A stretch of DNA of 63,999 nucleotides, filler included, from Dimargaris cristalligena (GCA_003614675.1; 9 parts of 9 records of this genome joined end to end with filler, not necessarily neighbours in it); one strand, 5' to 3'. Shown: positions 14,453-27,679, numbered from the whole stretch's first letter. Notes: a model not told the origin generated them from the letters alone. Made by a program: numbers and translations.

Positions 14453-15309
14453 GATGATAAGAAGGGAAAGGTGATGATAGACTTACTGTTCCAAGTGGTG
14501 GCAGTAAGGGGGAGGATTTATACTTGAAAGGGGAAGCCTAAATGAAAAGATAGATGAATAATAGAGAAAGGGAGGGAAGATCCCAGAATATTNNNNNNNN
14601 NNNNNNNNNNNNNNNNNNNNNNNNNNNNNNNNNNNNTTAATTAATTAANNNNNNNNNNNNNNNNNNNNNNNNNNNNNNNNNNNNNNNNNNNNTGCTCTTT
14701 CCAACCTATTTACGACCATAGTTTAGCCAGTAGGTCAAGTTTTTTCCCCATTTTTTAGGTTTTTTTTATGACTTACGATTATTACAGTATTACTCTTAGC
14801 TATAGTTATGTAGTTTGGTCATTTTTTCATATATATACCTTAGTAGCATCCCCTCAGTTGAAGGGACAAGTTAGTTTTGAGATAAATGAATAAATATCTG
14901 TTTTAACTTCACCCGACGAAATTGACGATTACCCTTCACGCAGTTTTACTTTGATTATTATTATCACCAGTTCTATTTTACTTTATTAGTTTCATCTATT
15001 CAGTTCGAAGCCTCAGTATTCTCGAGTACGAAATTGATTACACTGTTTGATTATAACATTTTTTTTGATAACGTTTTTTTTATTTTGACTTTAACAACTG
15101 ACAACGCAAGACAACGACATACGATGCAATGGACGACCCAAAACTCAGCGGCGACTTCCCCAAGGCCACCTCGGTCTCGACCCCCCCAAACCCAGCAAAG
15201 CCCAACGTTCCGCACTATATGACGAAATACGGCGAGCCATCTAGCAGAAAGAAACCGGAGGTTCCCCCTCCTGCCAACCCTCCCAAAGGCACGCCAGTGG
15301 AGTCCCTCA

Positions 15310-16955
15310 AATCATTGGCAACACACCACCCACAGGCTATCCTACCTGCCTAAGCCACCCTGGGCTCAGCAGGATATGACCTAGCTTGTGTTACCCCATT
15401 TAGCCTCACCCCACACCAGTGCACCAAAGTAGCCACTGGGTGGGCCCTCTAAATGGAGCCCCCAATGGTAGCACTTATAAAGGAATGGTGCTCACTTGGA
15501 CTACATTGTGTGGCCATCTAAGGTGGAGTCATTGATGCTGATTTCCATGGGGAAATCCAGGTGCTTATACACAACCTCATGGCAGAGCCCCTCCACTTCA
15601 GGACTGGTAATCACATTGTACAACTTATTTTCCAACAATGTGAATCCCCCCTCCTCCTGGAGATGGCCACACTGAACAAAATCAAACATAGTATCACAGG
15701 ATTTGGCTCTACTAGTACCCAACCTATGGTCCTAGTGGCCACAGTCCCCCCAGTCCAGATGTTATAAGACCAAATAGCTGACCCAGATGTCAAGGACTTG
15801 TGAGATGGAATGGAAGATCATACCCTTTGCAGATTCTGTAGAAAAAACCAGACATTTGTAATTGACAAACAACTACTATACTAATAGGGCCCTGGCAGAC
15901 AGAACCACCTAGTGCTACCCAAGTCCAACAAGCAGCCCCAAAGCAGGCCACCTGGGAGCTGAAACAGTACTACATCACCTCTGCCAGACCATTTATTAGC
16001 CATCCATAAATAAGAACATTAAGGAACACGTCCACAGCTGCAAGACCTGCTAATGCTACTAACAGGCCCCACAGCCCCTGGCCCAACTTGTCACCCCCCT
16101 TACTGGCCCCTTAGACCACCCTGGGATTGATATCATTGACCCATTTAATACCACCCAGAACAGCAATAAGTTCATCATAGCTACCATTGACTATTTTACC
16201 CACTGGCCCATTGCATGCACTATCCTAAGCATCACAGCCCAAGCTGTCATCCAGTTCCTCATTGAAGATGTAATTAGTGTCCACGGCTGTCCCAGGATCC
16301 TGATCTCCAACTGAGGTAAGTAATTTACAGCAAGCATCCCCAGGCAGACCCTGTGCCTCTTAGGGGTAGACCACCAGATGGCCATCCCTTACCACCCCCA
16401 GAGTAATGGAGTCATCAAGCAACTCAACAGCATACTCAAGCATATGATTACAAAATACTCCTCTGGAGACAGCCCCCAATGGGACCAACATTTGGCTCTC
16501 CATCTGTTTGCCTACCACACAGCTCATATCCAAGTTATTGCTAATAAGCTGTTTTACTTAATGTATAGCTAAGACCCCCGTATGCCCATTGATGTGGCTC
16601 TAAACACTGACCCTGATGCCCTCTGAGCCTCTACTGGATCCACCTACATCAACAAACTCCACAACTGACTCAGTGAGGCTTACCAGCAAGTTCATCATAA
16701 GCCAAGCCCCAAACCCATGGACCCCACACAGTACCACATTGGGGACTAAGTCTTAGTTAGGGTTCCCTATGGGCCCCTGTCCCTACAAGCCCCCTTCAAA
16801 GGTCCAGTTTCAATTGAAGGCATCCACAGTAGTAATACATATACCATCACCCCCACTATTCACAATAAATACCTCCAGCAAGAAAAAGTATTTGGAAACC
16901 AGATCATTCCATTTATCAAAGGCCTCAAGGATGAGGCTACAGTAGGAGAGGGTCA
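15310..16955 (+). pseudogene. Degenerate Ty3/Gypsy pol remnant: dUTPase (about 15310-15715) followed by integrase (about 15940-16900)
   Basis: dUTPase motifs SAGYDL, GGVIDADFHGEI, QLIF and GFGST. Integrase motifs HVHSCKTC, IDYFTHW, HGCPRILISN*GK*F and PYHPQSNG. Many in-frame stops. Purine tract AGTAGGAGAGGG just before the LTR. Confidence 0.9.
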
Positions 16956-17538
16956 TGTCAGCCCTTCTAATCTGACTTAATCTGGACATAATAATGGACC
17001 ATCCATATTAGGCCTTATAGTACTATATTTACCTTCCCATAGTCACCCCTGGCAGTATGGGATCATCCTATATCATATAACCTTTCCCTTTCTGGACCTC
17101 AGAGTTCCATCAATCACTCCCAGGCTGATCTAACAACTCTTCCAGTTTCCAGCTGAGTCTTCCATGCCCTTATACCATCCAGTTAGCTAGTTTATCCATC
17201 AGTAGCCTTAGTAATATTTTCCCCCAGGGACCTCCCTTTAGAGTTGTCCCCTGCATATATATAACTGGCCCCCACTGGGACCAGTTAGATTCCTTAGCTT
17301 ATGATTCCCCTTTAGTTTACCCTAATAAACTCTCTATATACTCACTCCCATTATACTAACTAGTAAGTATGCCCCACCTGCATGTCCCTTGCATAGCTGA
17401 CCACATAAGCCTTTATTAGTTAGTATCATCCCTGTACCTAATGCTAGTAGCCTGCTTGGCCAAGTCTGAGCCCTGCCTACTGTTAGAAGCCTATCCTTAG
17501 GACTATTGATGGACTAATAGTGGATAACCCAGGTAACA
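16956..17538 (+). mobile_element. 3' LTR of the dUTPase-Gypsy element (family A, about 583 bp)
   Basis: TGTCA...TAACA termini directly after the polypurine tract. Internal TATATATAA and AATAAA. Several other copies occur in the window. Confidence 0.9.
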
Positions 17539-20500
17539 CCCCTATTAATATCTCCATCCTCCCTTTATTTTGTCACTACTGCACCCCTTAATTTTCACTG
17601 ACAATATTGAACTCTATTCCTGTCCCCTCCAACTCTGCAAGCCTCCCATCATCTCCCACCAGGGAACCATTCACCATGTCTTTAGGCTGCACTAATAAAG
17701 AGGCCACTGTCTCTTCAAGAATCCCAAAGGCCAATAGTAATAGGCCAGAGATCCTAGGTAGTACATATGCATACATCCCAACTGAAAATAGTTGTATTAT
17801 TAAACTAGTATAGTAAGTTTTAAATAGGTATGCTAAGGTTTATTAATACATTTAGGTAAGGTGGTAAGTGGGTTACAGAGATAGTATAGGTTGTGGACAA
17901 ATGGGGACAATAGTCATCTGGAGGACATTGTTATACTGAGCTGCCCTTCCTTCTATATCAGAGATTGAGGTATCTGAGTAGTCAGTGAGGCTAAGCAGGT
18001 ATCTCTTTTATCATTGGGGTGGAACTATCACCCTAGCTCAACTGCAGGAGTTGGCTCTGAGTTTACCATGGCAATAGTACCAGTCCTGTCTTCTCCAGGG
18101 TGTGCCTCAATTTCAGTAGTTGTTATCCTGGCCACAGGTCTACTGCCAGAGGGTGCTTGGGTACTGCTAGGTGCCTTGGCAGCCCCTCTATTAACAATAT
18201 CAGTCACTATAATCACTCCTAGACTATATAATATTCCATATGTGCTCTTAATATAACCCATAATGTAAACTTAAAAAACTCTATACTAAAAACCCCGGCA
18301 AGCCACAATAGCATACACAAGTCATTGGTATCAATAGCTTGGCTAACCATTTAAAGAGTAATTATTAGGCACTACTAAGACCAGGGTGTGTGTATTGGGG
18401 CCAATTAAATTACCTGTTGTTATTATAATCGTACAATATACCTTCTATATTGTTTGAAACATCAATATATCAGGGCCTACATTTAACTACTCCAATTTTA
18501 ATATTTGGAATGTTTGAAGTGATTATAAATGGGAAACGTAAAATCCATTGTGGCATCCCCCATCAATTTGGATGGGTGCTTTGAAATCAAGTGTCACATT
18601 GCATAAAAGGGAAAAATTAACCACTCCCAGATGTTTATACTGGGGAACATTCTAGTTTCCGTGATAAAAAAACGTCCTTTGGTTTTATGATACATTCTTA
18701 TAACCTGTGGTAACCCCTAATCTACCCAAACTTGGCCTGCTGGGGCCGTTCCTTGAAGAAATAATGGAATTGGCATTGTACTTAGACATTTACAAGACTT
18801 AGGGGGTGAGAAAAAAGGATGCCATACCAGCTAGACAATGTAAGCGTGGGATACATGAAAGAAAGGGTTCAAAACTGGGAATATAAGACCACTTTAGCAA
18901 AAGGATGAAGATGAAAATATTGTTGTACCCTGTTTTTAATTAGTTGGAAAAATCAATGGGAATAACCGAAGTGTCATTGACTACTATAGGAAAAGATATT
19001 ATTATTCATGGAGTGAATGCTTCTCCAAATGGGCGGGAAGTATCATTGTTGGCAAAAGGGTCGCCACCTTTAGGGAAAATATTAGGACCTGCCATTGGGA
19101 TTCGTAAAACCACCGTGGCAGCAGTCTTTGCCATGACATTAAATTGAAATTGGAAGGGAGGACATAATATAATGAAAAGCCGACTAGAAAATCATGTTAT
19201 GTCGGGCATTGTTAAAGGTTAACTTCAACAATGCATACTGATGTGTTTTTCTTGCAAGTGAAACCCCTATTCCCTAGCCAATACATCTGTTTTTGATGGG
19301 TCGGGGGTTGTACCCCTGGAAATATATAAATACGCCTGTTCCTTGCCCCCAAAGTTTTCGAATACACATTTAAAGCCATATACCAATTGAATATGGCTTT
19401 CAATATAATTAAAATTAAGGGCAAGAATCGGCCCAGTAGGGATTACCCTACGGCCGATCCCAGGGCCCCAATTGTGAAACCCATCCATTGGGTTTTGCAA
19501 AAGGTAAGCAGTTTATATTATATATATATATATATTGTTTATATTTTTACTACTAGTGCGGTCATGCAACCTTTTTATACTGCTCCATTGGCGACTATTA
19601 CACTGTCATTTGGCGGTTGGAATAATAAATGCTAATACTACAGTTGCTGAAAGAGTGGATGAAAGGAGGACTGGGGTGGTGGCTATTTGCTTCCGAGTAG
19701 TTATGCTGGTTCTTTCTCTCACTGCTACTATAGCCATGTACAGGCTTCCAATAAGTTTATCATTAAAAGGCAGTGGTTACATTCTAATACATAATAAATT
19801 CTAACAACTATATCTTGACTTCTACTATTTTAAATATTGCATATCTCTCCCTGTTTAGATCAAGAACGCCCTAAGGTCTCGCAAGTAACCAACCTAATAG
19901 TGCAACAACGACGTCCCCCCCTTCCCGGCTCTTTTCCCTCCAGAACCCAGCTACCACTAACATAGGTTCCCTGAAGATGCTATCTGCCTTTCTTTAAGTC
20001 TACTCCCACTACTATCATTGCTGTTGCTTTATCTCTTTTCCCTATCCATTGACAAAGGCTGCCTTTCCATTCAATGACACCAACTACCACCCGTCACTCC
20101 CTTCAAGTCATTGGAAATCAACACCCCCCTGCTGCTGTTAATACTGGAACGACAAGGGTATCCAACATTGATTAAACAGTCCAGAGGGCTAGTTCTAAGA
20201 ATGGGACAGAGCTTCTCACAGACGAACAGCTCTCCAATGAAGGAAGACCCGGAAATACTGCCAGGGCCAACCCTGACATGCCCACCCAAAACCTGTCGCC
20301 ATGTGCTTATTCCCAGGCCATCGGTAGCGAGATATTTGGCCCTACCCCCGGACCGGATCAGGGTAAAGAGCCCCCCCATGTAAATGACAAGAGCGTGACG
20401 TTTTAAGTCCCTTGTCTAATGTACATAACATTATTGATGTGTCTCTCTGCGTCCCTTTAATTATTACTTAGCAGTTCGAGTCATCACTGCCTTGCATTCT

Positions 20501-21590
20501 TCCGCGGTATCCCAACTTTACCACAATGTACCACAATTACATCCCGGCCCCAACAACTACCCCAATCCTTTATAAATGAACATCATCGGTGGACGTGGAA
20601 AAATAACAATCATTGTCATCTTCGACAACTCACACCATCACCTTTCTAGCTCTTTTAATTGCTTACTTATTTTTATCTCTCTTATCTACACACCTCGAAT
20701 AAATATTTAACTTAACACCAACATTAACGCTGAACAAAGTGAGGTTTTCTCTTAACTCCTATATCATTACAAGGAGCATCCACCCGCCCTCCTCTCGGCT
20801 TGGGTGCTTAATACTCTATTATAAAAGGAAGGGCCTGTAGGCATTCGAGTAGCCTTAGATGACTATGGTCCTACTGGTTTTCTACTATTTGCACATTCAC
20901 TACATACATACAATTCCCTACTACTATATGCTTCAATAAAACGTCACACTAGATACTCAATATTTGTTATTAGCTTATACGCTTGCTGACTTGTTCATTA
21001 ACATTATTTACATGTGTTTAGAAGACCACAATGTGATCTAAGAGAACCTTGGGTCAGTAGTGAAGGTGTGTAGAGTAGGCCTTCAAGTATTAACTGGGAA
21101 GGCTAGTATATGACTCCCATAATAAACACATACCCAATGGAGTAGCAACAAAGGCAATTGAGCTGGCATCAATAGGGCAGGCTGCTCTGCAACCAGGGGT
21201 ATATAACAATATTTCCAATAAATTTTAGTTTTAAAAAATCATATGTGGCCCTTAAAAATCAGAAAATGGTGTCCCTATTGCCAACTGGCCATAAGCACCA
21301 AATCTGGTATGATGGCAATATCAGGTCAAATTAAATTATTTAATTTAAGGTGAGCTGTTTCAAGAAAAAAAAAGACCAAACAGCAGACCTGGATGGCCAG
21401 TTTGGGGGGGGGGGGTGTTATAGTTCCTGATGTGGATAGTTGAACCCCTTAACCAATTCCTAAAACAACACAAAGTGATTTCCAAAGTGTAACTCAGTTT
21501 GAATACCCCAACCTGACCCCAGATGATGCAATGGGATGGACTAATTTGGTATCATGATGACAGTTTTAATTCATGAACTTCTAAAGCAGT

Positions 21591-21930
21591 TGTGGTGAAT
21601 TTACCACATTTTCACCTAATTTTATTTTTTATCTATTTTTTGCACTTATTGGAAGTATGCCCCTGATAAGTGAATGAGTACCTGCCCCTGACCAGACTAT
21701 ATCCCTGCATTCACACTGCCCCTGGCCCAACTGCACCCCTGTTCAAAAAATAGTTAAAAATAGCTTTCCCTCTTTCCCTTCTATTGTTTCATATTGAATT
21801 TATTGGTTACCCAAGTATTACCTATCCTTTGTGATAACTAATATTATTATCTGGGAACTCCCCTCTCTTTCCCTCTACTTAGTCATCCAATATTCTGGGA
21901 CCTTCTCTCACTTTCTCGATTATTCATCTA
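21591..21930. repeat. Unclassified dispersed repeat (family D); related pieces at 29321-29437 and about 14551-14592, both reverse
   Basis: 21591-21700 aligns to the reverse complement of 29321-29437. 21889-21930 aligns to the reverse complement of 14551-14592. All three lie at contig ends. Confidence 0.75.
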
Positions 21931-22030
21931 NNNNNNNNNNNNNNNNNNNNNNNNNNNNNNNNNNNNNNNNNNNNTTAATTAATTAANNNNNNNNNNNNNN
22001 NNNNNNNNNNNNNNNNNNNNNNNNNNNNNN

Positions 22031-22241
22031 TAGCATGGCCTCCTAGGAATCTCATTTTTCACTGCATGTGCCTGCCAAATCAGGTATGTGCTCATAGCTC
22101 CTCAGCACCACGTTCGATCGAGACGAGCAGTAGCTCATTCGAACCAGCACGGAAAGATGCACCAGAATCCACACTGACATTTCGAGCAGCGTGGCATCCT
22201 AGGAATCTCATTTTTCACTGCATGTGCCTGCCAAATCAGGT
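22031..22241 (+). repeat. Left terminal repeat of C4 (156-bp tandem unit); 22031-22227 is the inverted copy of 29024-29220
   Basis: TCCTAGGAATCTCATTTTTCACTGCATGTGCCTGCCAAATCAGGT starts at both 22041 and 22197. 197-bp inverted match to the right end with one mismatch. Confidence 0.95.
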
Positions 22242-22405
22242 GGTGCGCCGCAGTAATCGCAATGACTGCACAGTGCCAGATGGCCGATGGACGCATCGGT
22301 GAAGATGAGCGGCTGGCCGGGACAGGTCGACCTAGTAAAGCATTGATATAAGCAACTACTACTAATGATGATTGCTACTGCTGCTGCTGCTGTGCAATGA
22401 TGCCA

Positions 22406-22990
22406 TTACCAATGATGCGCGGCAGCCCCGTGCGTAGAAGGCGCGTGCGATTCGTGGTGCTGATGCGTGGCTGTATCGTCCGAGAATGGATGGTGCAGCA
22501 GCTGCTCCTCCTCCATATCCGCCATAAACATATCACTCGGCTGGCTGCTGGACTGCAGTTCCTGCTGTATGTCCGCCTCCATGTTGAGTGCCCTGTCCAG
22601 CGAGCCATGCTCGTCGATGAGCTCGTCGCTGACGCCCATGGAGCGACGAAGGGCGCGCTGGTGCTTCAGCTCCCACTGGAAGTAGTCCTCCTCCAAGTCG
22701 GCCTGTGCCAGCTACATTGTTGCGCGGCAGCAGTGAGCTATGGCTGTGGACGAGCAGCGGCGCTTGCTACTTACAAAATCGCCGGTATACTGCCGCTCGC
22801 GCTGGCCATGGATGTGGGTGTGGCGTGCGGCGCGTGCCTGCTGCACCGAATAGTCGCGCTGGCGCTGGCGCCATAGTGCGTGAATGTCGGCCTGACTACG
22901 GCCGTGATGCTGCTGCAGCGGTGCGTGCAAGTAGCGCGGCCTGCAGGTAGACGTCCGCGCAGGCAATGTATCGTCACTCTGGCTGGACAT
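22406..22990 (-). CDS. Hypothetical 173-aa protein; exons 22990-22775 and 22711-22406. Weak resemblance to the RPA-interacting protein N-terminus
   Basis: A GTAAGT...TAG intron (22712-22774, phase 0) joins two ORFs in frame. The RPAIN resemblance (W-R-Q-R...R-AAR) is only suggestive. Confidence 0.65.
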
Positions 22991-23138
22991 GCTGCAACAA
23001 TGGCACGGAGAAATAGCAATAGCAAATAAAAGAAAAACAACACATGGTGTGTGCACATCTGTAGTGATCATACACAGAATGAATCATCGCACACGCGGAT
23101 GATGCTGCGAATAATAATAATAATCCTAGTGGCTCCTA

Positions 23139-24192
23139 TCATCCAGGAAGCCCTTTATGTCTATGGCATGTGGCTGTAGAAGGGCCAAAGAACGTCTGCG
23201 CATTCTGCCAAGTGCGCGCCTTGATCTGCTCGATGGTCAGCGAGGTGGAGGCGAGCTCGCTGACGAGCTGGCACACTTGCTCCATCAGCGCGTCGACCTG
23301 TCCCACTTCGTGGATGTCCGACTCAAGCAGCAAGCGCTCCATCGGCACCTCGCGCAGCCACAGCTGCGTCTTCCTGCGGCAGCGGCCATTGATCACCGCC
23401 GAGATGCTAAAGTAGAAGCGAGGCACGCGGCACACGCGATCCTCGGCGGCATGGTGCGGCGATGCGCGCGCAAGCTGCGTCTCCAGGCGTAGCAGACGCT
23501 TCACCGTGTCGGCCGATCCCGTGTAGGAGTGCAACATGATGTGCGTCGGCCAGCGGGTGGCGTGCCTGGCCCGCTCGAGCAGATAGTCGACGAGGGCGCC
23601 CTGATGCTGCACGCAATGAATCGACACGGGTCGGGCGAGCTCGGCGGCCAGCTCGAACTGCGCGGCAAACGCCTCCTGCTGGCGCGTCTGGTCGTAGCGC
23701 TCGCCGGTCTCCTTGTCGCGCGCCACCTTGTCGAGACCTGCGGCGCAGTGGGCACGATGAGGATGAGCTGCACCGCACTGCACCATCGCTTCACCTACCA
23801 ATCTCCCCTACAATGGCCTCGGGACAGTCGGCGAGATAGGCGCGCAGCATAGGCAGCCACCACAGGCCGGACTCGCCGCTACGTGGGGCGGGCGGCGACG
23901 CATCCTGTTCGGCATACCACGGATGAAGTCCAAAGGCCGGCTGGATCTTGTGCGGATATTGCTGGGCGAGGCGGCGCACCGCGGGCCAGTCACGGGGACG
24001 TGTGCCCATCAGGCAGAGTCGGCGTGTCTGCAGCTCGTCCACCAGGGGATACTGCTCGGGTGCGTCGTCGACGATGTGGCAATGCGCGTCGTAGAGGGCG
24101 CCGATCTGCGCTGTGGCATCCTCGACGGATTGGCCTGTGTCAGGGCGGCCGTGTGTCGGCAGAGGCGACGGCGGTGACGACGACTGTGACAT
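23139..24192 (-). CDS. TatD-family metal-dependent DNase (Scn1-like); intron 23738-23798
   Basis: DAHCH, FGLHPW, spliced VGEIGLDK, PVSIHCV, MLHSYTGS and LLLESD motifs. Confidence 0.92.
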
Positions 24193-24647
24193 CGAAAGAG
24201 CGGGAATGCGAGAGCAAGCGAGGCAGCAATGGCCGTCAGGATGCTGCTCTTCTTAAACAGGTTTTAATCTTCTGGCGCGGCTAAAGGGCAAGGGAAAACA
24301 AATGGGCAAGTGGGGCCATGGCCTAAAGGGCGAATTGCCGCCATATGTCTCGTCGTCGCACGATACCGGTTAGCAAGGGGCGCGCAGACAGCAGCAGCAG
24401 CAGCAGCTTGCGTGTCTCTAAAAGCACCGACTTTGCCGTGTCATGTCATGTCGCGCGCGCGCGCACCAATCCACGACGAGCAATGCACGAATAAAAGCCC
24501 GTTGCAACGGATGGCGCCAGCTACCATCCGCCACATCCGCCTTGCTCGTTCATAGTCGTCGTCGTCGTAGTCGTAGTCGTCGCTGCTGCTTCATTCTGTA
24601 TACATTTTCTGCTGCCGTATATTTAGTGCACATCCATTGTTGTCGAT

Positions 24648-25672
24648 ATGTTGATCTCGTCTGTGAGCCTGTCCGCCATCCTTCATGGCACGCTCTTCAC
24701 CTTTGGCTTCCAGGAGGCGCCGCTGACCGCGTTCCATTCGGGGCCGCAGCACTCGCCCTACGCCATGGTGCTGCTGCCTGGCCTCAACGAAGGCCCGATG
24801 GCGCTGCCCTGGACGACGCGGATCGCCGATGCAATCGCCCAGCGAGGATGGTCGACCGTGCAGCCGACGCTCTCCGCGTCCTTCTCGGGCTTTGGCATGA
24901 GCAGCCTGGAGCACGACACATGGGAGCTGGACATGCTGATGGATCATCTCGTGAAGCTGGGCAAGAAGCACATCATGCTGGTTGGCCACTCGACAGGCAA
25001 GTGACCGTCGCCGCGCTCTTCTGCATGGCAGACACACTTATGCTTACCGCCTGCATTGCCGCTTTATTATGACCATCCACAGGCAGCCAGCAATCGCTCC
25101 ACTATGCGCGCTTTGGCAAGAACCGTGCACCGCTCGTGGGCTGCGTGCTGCAGGCAGCCATGTCCGATCGCGAATGGTACGTCTCGGCCGAGCCAAACCA
25201 TCAGAAGTGGATTGCCCTCGCGCGCAGCATGGCCGCGAAGAACCAGTCGGAGGAGATGATGCCGCGCGACGCCTACTCCTTCGGACCCGTGACCGTCCGT
25301 CGATTCCTCTCGCTCGCCGATAAAAAGTAAGCAGCCGCGCATGGACGTGTGGGCGCACATACTCATGCACCGTGCAATGCCGCTAGTGGCACGGACGATA
25401 TGTTCTCCTCGGATTTGACGCTCGAGCAGCGCAAGGCCATCTACGCCCCCGTCCAGGTGAAGCTCGCCATGATCCTGTCGGGCAACGACGAGTACCGGCC
25501 GATGACCGTGCAGTCGGAGCTGCTGCTCGAGAACGCGCGCACCGCCTATCCTCGATTCACCGTGCTAAAGACCATTCCAGGGGTGGACCACGCCGTCACT
25601 CCTGTTGGCGGACAGATTGAGCTTGTCAACACAATCCTTTCATTTATGGACACGCTCGACATTCCAAAATAA
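24648..25672 (+). CDS. DUF1749/UPF0613 alpha/beta hydrolase; introns about 24997-25082 and 25327-25386; start codon uncertain
   Basis: LLPGL, SFSGFGMSSL, GHSTG nucleophile elbow, LQAAMSDRE, DDMFSSDL and IPGVDH motifs. Confidence 0.88.
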
Positions 25673-26102
25673 ACAGCGCTGCCTTCCTAGCTTTATTAGT
25701 AGTAGATATGACATTGTGCTGGGCTACGACGGGCCATTGCCATACGATATACAGCATCATCATCATTCATCGCGGCTGTTGCCGTTGTCGTTTCAGTGGC
25801 GGAGGCGGACTGCGTGCCATGCGTGTTGGGTTGATGTCGGGGCGGCATTTTGGCCTATCCACGCTGGTCGCCGCCCATAACCAATCAGATCCGCTCGCCG
25901 TCGGTGTGCTCTTATTGACTGTCGAAGCGTGAGGGCGTGCCGTTCAAGTTCATCACATCTCTGCTTCTTCCCTGCCTGTCCTCGTCCATCCAACGCGTGC
26001 CTCATCTCTCCTTTTATTGTTATTGCCATTGCCACTGTGTCTGCGTGTTTAATACAACCTCCACTATTCGTTACTGCCGCACTGTTATACTGATTCTACA
26101 TC

Positions 26103-27679
26103 ATGGCTGAACCAAAGCAGGTAGATACACATAACGATGTATTGTTGGCGCTGGCCATCCGCGGCGGCAAGACGAGCTCACACACACGCGCACACGCCGG
26201 CTACTTACTTGCAGGTGACCCTGAACGGCTATGTCGGCTTCGACACTATCACCAGCCAGATTGAGAAGAAGCTATTGAAGCGCGGCTTCCAGCTTAATGT
26301 CATACTTGTCGGTGGGTGGCGCCTGCCTTCTCCTCCTCCTCCTCCTCTTTCATGGCTGTGCTCCATCTAACGGCGTCCTGTGTTGCCGCGATGCAGGCGA
26401 GACCGGCCTCGGCAAGTCGACCCTCGTGAACACGCTCTTTGCCGCCCATCTGATCGACACGAAGGGCCGTCATTCGGCGGAGGATGCGTCGCGGCAAACC
26501 GTGGAGATCCAGACGGTGTCGCATGGTAAGCCACGCATTGCCGCCTGCCATGCCTGCTGCCACGATCGTCCAGTTAACCCGCGACGCGATGAACGCGCGC
26601 GCAGTAATCAACGAGAACGGCGTCAAGCTGCGACTGGCCATTGTCGATACCCCTGGCTATGGCGATCAAGTCAACAATGACAACTGGTGAGCAGTGGCTC
26701 GTAGGGAGAGAGAGAGAGGGCCGCGCATGTCCATGTGCACTCATCCTCTCCTTACTGTCTAGCTGGGATCCCATCATCAAATACATCAAGGACCAGCACG
26801 CCGTGTATCTGCGCAAAGAGCTAACCGCGACGCGTGAACGCTACGTGCAGGACACGCGTATTCACTGCTGTCTCTTCTTCATTGCGCCCACTGGCCATGC
26901 GTATGTATACATATCCATCCATCTGCGTGTGTGTGCGTGTGTGCATGGCATGAGACGCTCACCGGCTGGTTGCCCGCATAGACTGAAGCCCATTGACATC
27001 CAAGTGCTCAAGAAGCTAAGCGAGGTCGTCAATGTCGTGCCGGTCATTGCGAAATCCGACTCGATGACGCTCGAGGAGCGTGCCGCGTTCAAGGCGCGCG
27101 TAAGTCCGGCCACGCTTGCTTATGCCCACGCGACCACGGTGGCGATGGTGGCTAATGTCGGCCGATAGATCAAGGAAGAGCTGGCATTCCACGACATCCA
27201 GCTGTATCCGTACGAGAGCGAGGAGGACGACGAGACGGAGTGCGAGCTGAACCGTGCGATCAAGGAGCGTATACCCTTCGCCGTCGTTGGCTCCGAGAAG
27301 AACATCGTCGTCGATGGCAAGGAAGTGCGCGGCCGTCGCAATCGATGGGGCGTCATCAACGGTGGGCCATACGTCCATAGGATGACGGCTCGTTGGCTAA
27401 CGCTTCTATGATCATCGCAGTGGAGGACGAGACGCACTGTGAATTCGTGCACCTGCGCAACTTCCTTACCCGCTCGCACCTGCAGGATCTCATTGAGACG
27501 ACCGCGCACATCCACTACGAGGCATTCCGTACGAAGCAGCTGCTGGCACTCAAGGAAGCGCAACAGCAGCAGCAGCAGCAGCGTGGCAATCCAGCGGGTG
27601 GTGGTACGGATCATATGCACATAACAGTGTATGATATGCACGCCATACTAACTACTGCCTCCATTGCATAGCTGCCTAA
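26103..27679 (+). CDS. CDC10: Septin, Cdc10/AspD-like, with about 8 short introns
   Basis: YVGFDTITSQIEKKLLKRGF, GETGLGKST, DTPGYGD, VIAKSD and GRRNRWG motifs; no C-terminal coiled coil. Probable final micro-exon 27672-27679. Confidence 0.9.

Noticed and set aside
17539..18340. Short ORFs in CpG-free DNA (also 35988-36276)
   Set aside because: Probably hypermutated repeat remnants; no domain could be assigned.
22041..22241. 45-bp direct repeats separated by about 110 bp, superficially CRISPR-like
   Set aside because: Only two copies, the spacer itself recurs elsewhere, the context is eukaryotic, and there are no cas genes.
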